DNA from: Patescibacteria group bacterium
GTDB lineage: Bacteria; Patescibacteriota; Patescibacteriia; JACRDY01
DNA: 64,000 nucleotides
Assembly (NCBI GenBank): GCA_041653535.1
Contig: JBAZFH010000001.1
Coordinates: forward strand, 214,175 to 278,174
Reading direction: 5' to 3'
Positions 55,167 through 64,000 of the stretch are shown piece by piece. Made by a program: the position numbers and the translations under genes. How positions within the stretch are numbered: the stretch's first letter is position 1; each line of letters begins with the position of its first letter. Below the pieces are notes generated by a model. The model did not search any database, was not told the DNA's origin, and saw nothing but the letters and a program-made list of their open reading frames with translations.

Positions 55167-56210
55167 ATGCATGACAAAAAAATAATCGCCGATATTTTTC
55201 TCTTCGCATTGCTCGCGGCGTGTTTGTATCTGGTCTACCTTTTTTTTAAACCGTTTTTGATAGTGATTATACTTTCCGGCGTTTTGGTTTCCATTTTTTA
55301 CGGTTGGTATAAAAAACTACTAACCTGGTTTAAGGGGAGGAATAATCTGGCTGCTTTAGTAATGGTGATTTTGATTGCCATTATCATTGTTTTACCAGCT
55401 ACTGATTTTATCTTTTATCTTTCCAAAAAATCAGTAGAGGCGTTTAGTTTAGTCACCAATTGGATTAATACAGGATTTTTGGAAAAAACCATCAATGAGC
55501 AGGTAATTAGCAGATTTAACTTTGTTGACCCTTCGGTCTTCAATGTTCGTAATTATTTAATTTCTGTCAGTTCAAAAATTTCCAGTTTTTTAGTTTCTGG
55601 GGCTAGCTCGCTTTTGCGAGGCACGGGACAGTTTGTTACCTATTTAGTTTTAATGTTTTTTACCATATTTTTCTTGTTCCGCGATGGAGATAAGCTTTTG
55701 CAGCGAGTAATGTATCTGACACCGCTTCCAAACAAATACGACAAAGAGATTTTCCAAAAATTTCGCGATGTCAGTTATTCATCGATAGTTAGTACTTTTA
55801 TAGCGGCAATTGCCCAAGGTATCGCCGGCGGTATCGGTTTTTTGATAGTAGGTATTCCGGCGTTTTTGCCAGCGGTTTTGATGACCATGCTGGCTTTATT
55901 GCCATATGTCGGTGCGGCTATTTTGTGGTTGCCCGCTGGAATTTATCTGCTGCTGATCGGAAAAATCTGGCAAGGAGTATTTCTTTTGGTTTGGGGTGGA
56001 GCGATAGTCTCATTAGTCGATAATATTTTACGACCAATGTTGATTAAGGGTAAGGCGCAAGTTCATCCGTTGTTGATTTTTTTCTCTATTTTCGGCGGTA
56101 TTATCGCTTTCGGCTTTTGGGGGATAATTATTGGTCCGGTGGTGATATCGATATTTTTCGTACTACTGCATATCTATGAAACTGAGTACGAAGATGTTTT
56201 AGAGCGATAA
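55167..56210 (+). CDS. AI-2E family transporter (UPF0118/PerM-like)
   Basis: 347 aa, about 8 TM helices, with family-typical topology. Confidence 0.65.
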   Translation: MHDKKIIADIFLFALLAACLYLVYLFFKPFLIVIILSGVLVSIFYGWYKKLLTWFKGRNNLAALVMVILIAIIIVLPATDFIFYLSKKSVEAFSLVTNWINTGFLEKTINEQVISRFNFVDPSVFNVRNYLISVSSKISSFLVSGASSLLRGTGQFVTYLVLMFFTIFFLFRDGDKLLQRVMYLTPLPNKYDKEIFQKFRDVSYSSIVSTFIAAIAQGIAGGIGFLIVGIPAFLPAVLMTMLALLPYVGAAILWLPAGIYLLLIGKIWQGVFLLVWGGAIVSLVDNILRPMLIKGKAQVHPLLIFFSIFGGIIAFGFWGIIIGPVVISIFFVLLHIYETEYEDVLER

Positions 56211-56213
56211 AAT

Positions 56214-57287
56214 ATGCCCAAGCCAGATGCGGCAAAAAAAATTCTTTTAATTGTCGGTATAATTATATTAGTTTCTGTCTTTTTTAGATCTTCGCAAGGT
56301 GGAGGAGGCGCCATCATGGTTTTTTTATTAATCATGATTCTTTTTGTTTATAAATTTTTTAAAAAAATATCTCAGCGCTTGGCGGACGAATCAGTCAGCG
56401 ATAGCCGTGAAAAGGTTAACCTTGGCAATATAAATAATAAAATAATAAATTCTAATTTTATGGCGACAATTAAAAGTAAAGCCTTGTTGATAATCGCGGT
56501 TGTTATAGTGTTGGTGATTATTGCCAATGGTATTGTGATTATTCCTGCCGGTACTACTGGCGTTTATCATCTTTTTGGTAAGGTTAAAGATGGTGAACTT
56601 CAGTCTGGTATTCATTTGATAAATCCGTTAGCTAATGTTACGGAGATGAGTATTCGCACCGAAGAGTATACCATGTCTATTTTGCAAGAAGAGGGTACTA
56701 GAAGTAACAATGATACTATCGCTGCTTTGACCAAAGAGGGTTTAAGCGTTGATCTTGATATTACGGTTTTATTTCATTTAATCGAAGATAAAGCTTCTGA
56801 TGTTTATAAGAATCTGGGTATTGATTACAGCGAAAAAATTATTCGGCCGGAAATTCGTAGCGCGATTCGCGAGGTAGTGGCTGTTTATGAAGTAAAAGAT
56901 ATTTATTCTGATAAGCGTCAGGAAGCGGCAATAAAAATTTTGAGCGCGTTGCAGGGCAAGCTAGAACCGAGAGGTATTACGGTTGAAGATGTTTTACTGC
57001 GCAACGTTGGTTTGCCGGAAGGTTTGGCAAAAAGTATTCAGGAAAAATTGTCAGCCGAGCAAGAAGCGCAAAAATATGATTTTGTCTTGGAAAAAGAACG
57101 AAAGGAAAAAGAACGAAAACTTATTGAAGCCGAAGGTCAAAAAGCAGCACAGGTTATTATCAACGAAGGCTTGACTTCAAAATATTTACAGTATTTGTAT
57201 ATCCAACAGCTTAAAGATCTCAAAGGGACTATCTATATTCCAACTAGTCCGGACTCTGGACTGCCGATGTTCAAAGGAATCGAATAG
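56214..57287 (+). CDS. SPFH/band-7 (prohibitin/HflC-like) membrane protein
   Basis: N-terminal TM helix, SPFH domain, and C-terminal coiled coil rich in E/K. Confidence 0.75.
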   Translation: MPKPDAAKKILLIVGIIILVSVFFRSSQGGGGAIMVFLLIMILFVYKFFKKISQRLADESVSDSREKVNLGNINNKIINSNFMATIKSKALLIIAVVIVLVIIANGIVIIPAGTTGVYHLFGKVKDGELQSGIHLINPLANVTEMSIRTEEYTMSILQEEGTRSNNDTIAALTKEGLSVDLDITVLFHLIEDKASDVYKNLGIDYSEKIIRPEIRSAIREVVAVYEVKDIYSDKRQEAAIKILSALQGKLEPRGITVEDVLLRNVGLPEGLAKSIQEKLSAEQEAQKYDFVLEKERKEKERKLIEAEGQKAAQVIINEGLTSKYLQYLYIQQLKDLKGTIYIPTSPDSGLPMFKGIE

Positions 57288-57371
57288 AAAAAAATTTGAT
57301 AGAAAAACTCGCGTTTATGGCGCGGGTTTTTTGTTAGACGGCAAGTCGATAATTTTGTATAATGTCTTTAT

Positions 57372-58358
57372 ATGGACAAAACAATCGAAAAGCTTACCAG
57401 GGCTGACTTAATCGGCCGTGGTTGTGGTAATTTTCCCACAGCCAGTAAGTGGCAAATGGTTAAAGAGGCTAAAGGCGCTAAAAAATATGTGGTCTGCAAT
57501 GTTTCTGAAGGCGAGCCCGGGGTTTTTAAAGACGGCTGGGTGTTGCAAAATCATCCCGATATCGCTATCGAAGGCATTAAACACGCTATCAAATACCTTG
57601 GCGCCAAAAAGGCGGTTGTTTATCTGCGCCAAGATTATTATCAGAAATATCAGAGTAAATTGCGCAAATTGATTGGTAAAAACAAAATAGAATTATTTAA
57701 AGAGGCTGGAGGTTATATCGGCGGTGAAGAAACTGCTTTGCTAGAATCTTTGGAAGGACGACGCGTCGAGCCACGCCTCAAACCGCCGTATCCGCCACAA
57801 GTTGGACTTTACGGTCAGCCAACGTTGGTAAATAATCTAGAAACATTTTACGAGATTGGTTTGATTTTGCGCGGCAAATATGAAAAGAAACGTTTGATTT
57901 GTTTTTCCGGTCAAGGTGTAAAATCACAAGTGCATGAGTTACCAGAAAATTGGACTATAGAAAAAATGCTAAAGGAAACCGGTAATTGGCCAAAGTTTTC
58001 TTTTTTTGTACAAGTTGGCGGTGGCGCGGCTGGAACAGTCTTGAACAGCAAACAGCTGCAGCAAACGCTTAAAGATATTCATGGTCTTGGTTCAATAGTT
58101 GTTTATCATGCCAGCGAAGGTCCAAAAAAATTAATTTTGAATTGGGTCAGATTTTTCAAAGCCGAGAGTTGCGGCAAATGTGTGCCGTGTCGAGAGGGTA
58201 CTTATCGGCTGCTCGAAATATTAAACAGCAAAAAAACAGATTGGCAACTCTTTGAAGATATTTTGTTTGCTTTGGAAAACTCTAGTTTTTGCGGTCTGGG
58301 TATGTCTGTACCACGGCCGATTTTGACATACTGGAAGAATGTAAAAAAGAGGAGTTAG
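57372..58358 (+). CDS. NuoF-like (51 kDa) NADH-binding FMN/4Fe-4S subunit, core domain only
   Basis: GRGCGNFPTASKW...YVVCNVSEGEPGVFKD and C-terminal ESCGKCVPCREGT. Confidence 0.8.
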   Translation: MDKTIEKLTRADLIGRGCGNFPTASKWQMVKEAKGAKKYVVCNVSEGEPGVFKDGWVLQNHPDIAIEGIKHAIKYLGAKKAVVYLRQDYYQKYQSKLRKLIGKNKIELFKEAGGYIGGEETALLESLEGRRVEPRLKPPYPPQVGLYGQPTLVNNLETFYEIGLILRGKYEKKRLICFSGQGVKSQVHELPENWTIEKMLKETGNWPKFSFFVQVGGGAAGTVLNSKQLQQTLKDIHGLGSIVVYHASEGPKKLILNWVRFFKAESCGKCVPCREGTYRLLEILNSKKTDWQLFEDILFALENSSFCGLGMSVPRPILTYWKNVKKRS

Positions 58359-58408
58359 GGACTAGGATCTGGGAGCTAGGAACTAGGAATTAAAGTTTAA
58401 ATGAATAT

Positions 58409-58981
58409 ATGGATAATCTGTACAAAATGGTGGAAAAATTTGTCGTTGATTCGTTTGTTAGTCGAGGTATGGCTGGTGACTTGGTTTATTTGCAAGATAC
58501 GGCGGTTCAACTAAAAAGAATATACCCGGAGGCAGATGAAATATTGCTTTCGGCGGCGGTTGCTCGTGACATTGAACGTTGCTTTCGCCAACCAGATGTT
58601 CAAAAAATAAAAGTAGAAAGAGGGTTGTTGGATGAAGAATTTTTGACATTGCATCAAAATCGAGGGGCAGAAATAATTAAAAATTTTTTGGAGTCACAAA
58701 AAGTCGATCCCTTAGTTATTGATCGAATAACTGATTTGATTGCTAATCATGAAGTGGGTGGAGACAAAGAAAAGGATTTGCTTAAAGACGCCGATTGTTT
58801 GAGTTTTTTTGAGAAAAATATTGATCATTTTTTGAAAGTTGTTGTTCTTGAGCTTGGTTTTGATAAAGTTAAGGAAAAGTTTGATTGGATGTATAGTCGT
58901 ATTACTACTCCGGAGGCCAAAGGCATTACCAAACCTTTGTATGAAGAAGCAATAAAAAAACTACTAACTACTAGTCACTAG
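58409..58981 (+). CDS. DUF4202-like protein
   Basis: About 190 aa. The DADCLSFFEKNIDHF segment resembles the conserved region of DUF4202. Tentative. Confidence 0.4.
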   Translation: MDNLYKMVEKFVVDSFVSRGMAGDLVYLQDTAVQLKRIYPEADEILLSAAVARDIERCFRQPDVQKIKVERGLLDEEFLTLHQNRGAEIIKNFLESQKVDPLVIDRITDLIANHEVGGDKEKDLLKDADCLSFFEKNIDHFLKVVVLELGFDKVKEKFDWMYSRITTPEAKGITKPLYEEAIKKLLTTSH

Positions 58982-58993
58982 ATACTAGCTACT

Positions 58994-60700
58994 ATGTATA
59001 TCAAAATCAACGGAAAAAAAGTTTCGGCTAAACCTGAGCAAACAATATTGGAGGCGGCGCACGGCATTGTTGCTATTCCGACACTTTGCCACCATCCGGA
59101 TTTAAAAGTAAAAGCCAACTGCCGTGTTTGTTTGGTTGAACTAAAAAACGGTAAGCTAGTTACGGCTTGCTCAACTAAGGTTAAAGACGGCATGGAGGTT
59201 TTTACTGATACGGAAAAAGTAAAACGAGCGCGCAAAATAAATCTAGAAATGATATTTGCCGAGCATGAGGAGAAGTGCCCGGAGTGTATTTGGGATAAAA
59301 ATTGTTCTCTGCAGGATTACGCCAAAAAATACCAAGGCAAAATCACTCGATTTAAGGATCGCAAAAAAAATCGCAATATTTTTGGTTTTAGTAATACAAT
59401 TCTTTTTGATCAAACTAAATGTATCGATTGTAATAATTGCATTGAAGTTTGCCACAAACAAGAAGTGCATTTTTATGACAAAGCCGGCAAAGGTGCCGAC
59501 AGTATTGTACTACCAACCAAAAATAAAAAATATGATTGTACTACTTGCGGTCAATGTATAACGCATTGTCCTGTTGGCGCGATTCAAGGTAATCCGCATT
59601 GGCCGGAAGTGGAAGCAAGTCTTAAAGATAAGAAAAAAATTGTCGTCGCTCAAGTGGCACCTTCGGTTCGCGCTTCGATTGGCGAAGAGTTTGGCTACGA
59701 ACCAGGCACGGTGGTAACAGGAGAGTTAGTATCGGCTCTCAAAAAGCTTGGTTTTGACTATGTTTTTGATACTAATTTTGGCGCTGATATTACTACTTTT
59801 GAAGAAGCAGGGGAATGTTTTGAGTGTTTGGGTAAAGGTAAAATGGTTACCACTTCTTGCTGTCCGGCGTGGGTGAAATTTGTCGAGTTTAACTATCCGG
59901 AATTTGTCGGCAATATTTCTACCACTAAATCGCCGCAGCAATGTTTGGGAGTGGCGGTTAAAACTTATTTTGCCGAGAAGATGAAGATTGATCCTAGAAA
60001 AATTAAAGTGGTTTCGATTATGCCCTGTGTTGCCAAAAAGTTTGAAGCCGATCGTCCAGAATTAGAATACAATAATATGAAAATGGTTGATTATGTTTTG
60101 ACTACTCGCGAAGTGGCTCACATGATGCGGCGAGCCAAGATAGATTTTACCAAAATGAAACCGCAAAAATTTGACGATCCGCTCGGACAATCCAGCGGCG
60201 CCGCGGCAATTTACGGCGTATCTGGCGGCGTGATGGAGTCGGCTCTGCGTACGGCGCTTGATTATTACGCTGGTCAGAAATTAAAATCAATTGATTTTAA
60301 ACAGATAAGGGGATTAGAGGGTACTAAAAAAGCCGAGATCATGGTTAAAGGTAAAAAGGTGAAAATAATTGTTACCAGCGGACTAGGCAATGCTAAAAAG
60401 GTTATGGATTTAATCAAAGCTGGCAAGGAAAATCCCCATTTCCTAGAAGTAATGGCGTGTCCCGGTGGTTGTATTAATGGCGGCGGTCAGCCAGTGCCGA
60501 CTAACGCGCAGATTAGAGCCAAGCGCGCTGCGCCACTTTATGTCCTTGATAAGAAATCAAAGTTCCGCAAAGCGCACGACAATCCTGGATTAAAAAAACT
60601 TTATAAAGAATATATTGATAAACATCCTGATCTACATCACGAAATGTTTCACACTTCCAATTATCGACAGAAACGTTGGGGGGCGAGGAGACTTAATTAA
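58994..60700 (+). CDS. [FeFe]-hydrogenase catalytic subunit (HydA) with N-terminal 2Fe-2S and 4Fe-4S ferredoxin domains
   Basis: H-cluster motifs L1 TSCCPAW, L2 MPCVAKKFE and L3 EVMACPGGCINGGGQ, plus N-terminal CxxC clusters. Confidence 0.85.
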   Translation: MYIKINGKKVSAKPEQTILEAAHGIVAIPTLCHHPDLKVKANCRVCLVELKNGKLVTACSTKVKDGMEVFTDTEKVKRARKINLEMIFAEHEEKCPECIWDKNCSLQDYAKKYQGKITRFKDRKKNRNIFGFSNTILFDQTKCIDCNNCIEVCHKQEVHFYDKAGKGADSIVLPTKNKKYDCTTCGQCITHCPVGAIQGNPHWPEVEASLKDKKKIVVAQVAPSVRASIGEEFGYEPGTVVTGELVSALKKLGFDYVFDTNFGADITTFEEAGECFECLGKGKMVTTSCCPAWVKFVEFNYPEFVGNISTTKSPQQCLGVAVKTYFAEKMKIDPRKIKVVSIMPCVAKKFEADRPELEYNNMKMVDYVLTTREVAHMMRRAKIDFTKMKPQKFDDPLGQSSGAAAIYGVSGGVMESALRTALDYYAGQKLKSIDFKQIRGLEGTKKAEIMVKGKKVKIIVTSGLGNAKKVMDLIKAGKENPHFLEVMACPGGCINGGGQPVPTNAQIRAKRAAPLYVLDKKSKFRKAHDNPGLKKLYKEYIDKHPDLHHEMFHTSNYRQKRWGARRLN

Positions 60701-60721
60701 TAATTAATAATTATTAATTCT

Positions 60722-61237
60722 ATGTCCAAAACCGTCGCATCAACCATTACTAAAGTGCAAAGCGTTGCTATGGTTAAGTTCTTAGCTCTTTTGGGTATTG
60801 CGACATTTGTCCCGATGTTTGTTCATCTGCAATGGTTGACCGGACCGCTGGTTAACGCTATTTTGATTATTACGGTTGTTGTTGTCGGTGTCCGCGAGGC
60901 TTTGCTAATTGCCTTGATTCCGAGCTCTATTGCCTTGGCTTACGGATTATTACCCTTACCACTCGCGCCAATGATACCGTTTATTATGATCAGTAACGCG
61001 TTTCTAGTTTGGTTTTTTGATGTATTACGCGATCGTGGTTATTGGCTAGCAGTGGTTGTCGCCGCGCTTATCAAGTTTGTTTGGTTGTATGCTATAGTTC
61101 ATCTGTTGATGAAGTCTATCCTTGCCGGGAGTTTGTTTAATAGTCTGGCGATACTGATGAGTTGGCCGCAGCTAGTTACAGCCTTGATTGGTGGAGTGCT
61201 GGCCTGGATATTTTTGAAGTGGTTAAAATTTGTTTAG
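60722..61237 (+). CDS. hypothetical integral membrane protein (about 5 TM)
   Basis: Hydrophobic throughout with no family signature. Confidence 0.4.
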   Translation: MSKTVASTITKVQSVAMVKFLALLGIATFVPMFVHLQWLTGPLVNAILIITVVVVGVREALLIALIPSSIALAYGLLPLPLAPMIPFIMISNAFLVWFFDVLRDRGYWLAVVVAALIKFVWLYAIVHLLMKSILAGSLFNSLAILMSWPQLVTALIGGVLAWIFLKWLKFV

Positions 61238-61340
61238 GAGTTGAGAAATAAAGAAATTAAGAAATAGTATCGATTCCATATTCTTAATTCTTGTCTCCAA
61301 TTTTCAATTTCCTCATTTCTTAATTTCTAATCTTTGTCTT

Positions 61341-61793
61341 ATGCCAGAAGAAATAAAAAAGAAAGTCGGCGTTGGTGTCGGTGTCATGGTTTTACGTGAC
61401 AGTCGGATTCTGCTTGGTAAACGTCATGCTGATCCGGCCAAAGCCGACTCGGAGCTGCATGGAGAATCTAGCTGGACTATGCCTGGCGGCAAAATGGATT
61501 TTGGCGAGACGCCGGAAACTACTGCGACCAGAGAGCTGAAAGAAGAAACTAGTCTAGAGGCGACGGGTTTGAAAGTTATTTGTGTTTCCAATGACAAAGT
61601 GACAGACGCTCATTTCGTTACCATTGGTTTGCTATGTGAAGATTTTACCGGCGAAGTGCAGATAATGGAACCGGATGAAATAACCGAGTGGCGTTGGTTT
61701 GATTTAAACGGTTTGCCGGAACCAATATTTTTTCCCAGCGCCAGAGTGCTTAGAAACTATTTGGACAAAACATTTTATCAAAGCTTTAATTAA
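61341..61793 (+). CDS. NUDIX hydrolase
   Basis: Nudix box GGKMDFGETPETTATRELKEETSL. Confidence 0.8.
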   Translation: MPEEIKKKVGVGVGVMVLRDSRILLGKRHADPAKADSELHGESSWTMPGGKMDFGETPETTATRELKEETSLEATGLKVICVSNDKVTDAHFVTIGLLCEDFTGEVQIMEPDEITEWRWFDLNGLPEPIFFPSARVLRNYLDKTFYQSFN

Positions 61794-61813
61794 TAAATAA
61801 TACTAAAAAATTT

Positions 61814-62608
61814 ATGCACGAAGAATGCGGTAAGGATTGCTGCTGCGACCACTATCATGGCGCTTCAGGAGTCCTGTTTAAAATCATACTGGTGATTGTA
61901 ATTGTCGCCGGTATTTTGCTCATTCGTAACTGGTACAAGAGTTATGATTACATTGGTCAGGCTCAGACTCGCGACACTATAGCGATTCAGGGCATGGGAA
62001 AAGTAGTAGTTGTTCCTGATATTGCTACCTTTAACATTGGTTTGGTTACCAATCGTTTGACTGTCGCTGCAGCACAAAAAGAGAATACTGATAAAATGAA
62101 CAACATTACCAAAGCGCTTAAAGATTTGGGGATTGACGACAAAGATATTAAGACCAGCAATTATAATATTTCTCCGGATTATCGTTGGGACGGTAATAGG
62201 AGTACGCTTGCCGGTTATATTGTTAACCAAAGCGTAACTGTTAAAGTTCGTGATTTGGAAAAAGTCGGTGACATTTTTGCCAAAGCAGGAGAGCTGGGTG
62301 CTAATGACGTTAGCGGTTTACAGTTTACTGTTGACGATCAGGAAGAATTTAAAGCCCAGGCTCGTTCTAAAGCTTTAAACAACGCCAAGGTAAAAGCCGA
62401 GGCTTTAGCCAAAGATTTGGGAATCAAGCTAGGCAAAGTGGTTAATTTTTCTGAAAGTTTCGGTGGCGGACAGCCGACTCCGTATTATGGAATCGGCGGC
62501 AGTGTAGAAATGATGAAGTCGTTGTCTTCGGTAGCGCCAGCACCAGACGTACAGGTGGGTAGCACTGAAATACAAGACGACGTGACAGTGATGTACGAAG
62601 TTCTGTAA
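61814..62608 (+). CDS. SIMPL (DUF541) domain protein with Cys-rich N-terminus and TM anchor
   Basis: IAIQGMGKVVVVPDIATFNIGLVT...SNYNISPDY is typical of SIMPL. Confidence 0.7.
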   Translation: MHEECGKDCCCDHYHGASGVLFKIILVIVIVAGILLIRNWYKSYDYIGQAQTRDTIAIQGMGKVVVVPDIATFNIGLVTNRLTVAAAQKENTDKMNNITKALKDLGIDDKDIKTSNYNISPDYRWDGNRSTLAGYIVNQSVTVKVRDLEKVGDIFAKAGELGANDVSGLQFTVDDQEEFKAQARSKALNNAKVKAEALAKDLGIKLGKVVNFSESFGGGQPTPYYGIGGSVEMMKSLSSVAPAPDVQVGSTEIQDDVTVMYEVL

Positions 62609-62651
62609 AAAAGAGACGGAGATTTAGAATCTAGGATTTAGAATATGGAAA

Positions 62652-62682
62652 GGCCCTGATAAAAAAATCAGGGCTTTTTTAT
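62652..62682 (+). terminator. rho-independent terminator
   Basis: GCCCTGAT-aaaaaa-ATCAGGGC followed by T6. Confidence 0.7.
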
Positions 62683-62801
62683 TAGATCAATATTGTGGTA
62701 TAATATCGCTATAAAATAAAAAAATAAAAACAGGTGATTGGTTGCAGTTTTCGGTGAAATTTTTGACCGAAAGCCGACAGCTGAAAGCCAGCAGCTATTT
62801 T

Positions 62802-64000
62802 ATGAAAATCAAGCAAATTAAAGCTCGGGAAATATTGGATTCAAGAGGTAATCCGACTATTGAAGTTGAAGTAACTTTACGTCGAGGGATTAAGGCCAAG
62901 GCGTCTGTACCATCCGGTGCCTCAACCGGTGTGCACGAAGCTTGGGAGTTACGCGATGGTGATAAAAACCGCTATGGCGGTAAAGGGGTTTTACAAGCAG
63001 TTAAAAACGTAAATGAAAAAATAGCTCCGATGTTGATTGGCAAGAAGGCTAATAAGCAAAGAAAGATTGATGAGATGATGCTGCGTCTTGATGGCATGAA
63101 AAATAAAGCCAATTTGGGCGCCAATGCCATACTCGGGGTTTCTCTAGCTTGTGCGCGAGCCGCCGCAGCGTACAAGGGCGTGCCACTTTATAAATATTTG
63201 CGATCTATCTATAGTGTTAAATTGAATGACTACAAATTGCCGGTGCCGTTGATGAACATTATCAATGGCGGTAAACACGCTGATAGTAAACTTAATTTTC
63301 AGGAGTTTATTATTGTGCCAAAGGGAATCGGTAGGTTTTCGGAAAAGTTGCGAGCCGGGGCTGAAATTTTCGCGGTGCTAAAAAAAGTTTTGAAAGACAA
63401 GGGTTTTAATACTAATGTTGGTGATGAAGGCGGTTATGCGCCGGCCATGACCTCGGTGGAAGAAGCCGTACTTTGTATCTTGGAAGCGATAAAGAAAGCT
63501 GGTTATAACTCCAAGGGCAAAAAACAGATATTTTTGGGAGCCGACATAGCAGCTTCTGAGTTTTATGACAAAAAATCAAAAAAATATGTTTGGAACGAAG
63601 GCGAATTTTCTAGCACCCAGATGGTTGATTTTTTCCAAAGCTGGATAACTAAGTATCCTTTTATTTCTTTGGAAGATCCGCTTGATCAGGACGATTGGTC
63701 TGGTTGGCAAGAAATGACCAAGAAGATTGGTAAAAAAATTACCTTGATCGGCGACGACCTGTTTGTTACTAGTACGGCGCGTTTGCAGCAAGGACTCGAT
63801 CAAAAAGTAGCTAATGCGATTTTGATAAAAATAAATCAGATTGGCAGCCTGACCGAAACGCTTGATTGTATCGCCTTGGCTAAACGCAACGGTTATGCTA
63901 CGGCTATCTCTCACCGTTCCGGCGAGACCAATGATGATTTTATTGCCGATTTAGCTGTCGCGGTTAATTCTGATTTTATAAAAACTGGTTCGCTTAGTCG
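62802..64000 (+). CDS. eno: enolase, 3'-truncated by window edge
   Basis: [24 protein letters not shown]... and SHRSGETND near the window end. No stop inside the window. Confidence 0.9.
   Translation, partial: MKIKQIKAREILDSRGNPTIEVEVTLRRGIKAKASVPSGASTGVHEAWELRDGDKNRYGGKGVLQAVKNVNEKIAPMLIGKKANKQRKIDEMMLRLDGMKNKANLGANAILGVSLACARAAAAYKGVPLYKYLRSIYSVKLNDYKLPVPLMNIINGGKHADSKLNFQEFIIVPKGIGRFSEKLRAGAEIFAVLKKVLKDKGFNTNVGDEGGYAPAMTSVEEAVLCILEAIKKAGYNSKGKKQIFLGADIAASEFYDKKSKKYVWNEGEFSSTQMVDFFQSWITKYPFISLEDPLDQDDWSGWQEMTKKIGKKITLIGDDLFVTSTARLQQGLDQKVANAILIKINQIGSLTETLDCIALAKRNGYATAISHRSGETNDDFIADLAVAVNSDFIKTGSLS

Overview
Low-GC (~40%) bacterial segment with dense, small genes, consistent with a reduced genome such as CPR/Patescibacteria; that attribution is inference. 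It carries type IV pilus genes, a [FeFe] hydrogenase and ultra-short intergenic word repeats. Core genes: a ribosomal/transcription block (rplA-rplK-nusG-secE on the minus strand; rpsB-tsf), cell-wall genes (PBP, murF), pilT and a pilin, full UvrABC plus a pyrimidine-dimer glycosylase, rlmH/rlmN, gap, eno, two HisRS genes, histidine ammonia-lyase, and a NuoF-like/[FeFe]-hydrogenase pair. Unusual content: (1) a tRNA-Glu hotspot with a tandemly duplicated module made of a tRNA-Glu 5' half (split by a 41-nt GC hairpin) plus a small GIY-YIG ORF whose stop codon lies inside the tRNA D-loop, followed by the intact tRNA-Glu; (2) a ~90-nt conserved structured element lying directly 3' of tRNA ends, present twice and flanking a ~3.2 kb islet that encodes two secreted beta-repeat paralogs and a Fic protein; (3) a repeated ~130-nt candidate ncRNA with a compensatory-looking stem and its own terminator; (4) a DUF5320-DUF134-ZIP-Mrp-Trx-Trx/CcdA-ZIP-YibE/F metal/thiol cluster; (5) a ~4.4 kb GC-rich island carrying PRTase-like, HAD, nucleoside phosphorylase, a second HisRS and an atypical tRNA-His (no G-1, A73); (6) several small GC-rich islets and CCCGC/GCGGG-type hairpins; (7) a radical SAM/SPASM enzyme with no visible substrate peptide.
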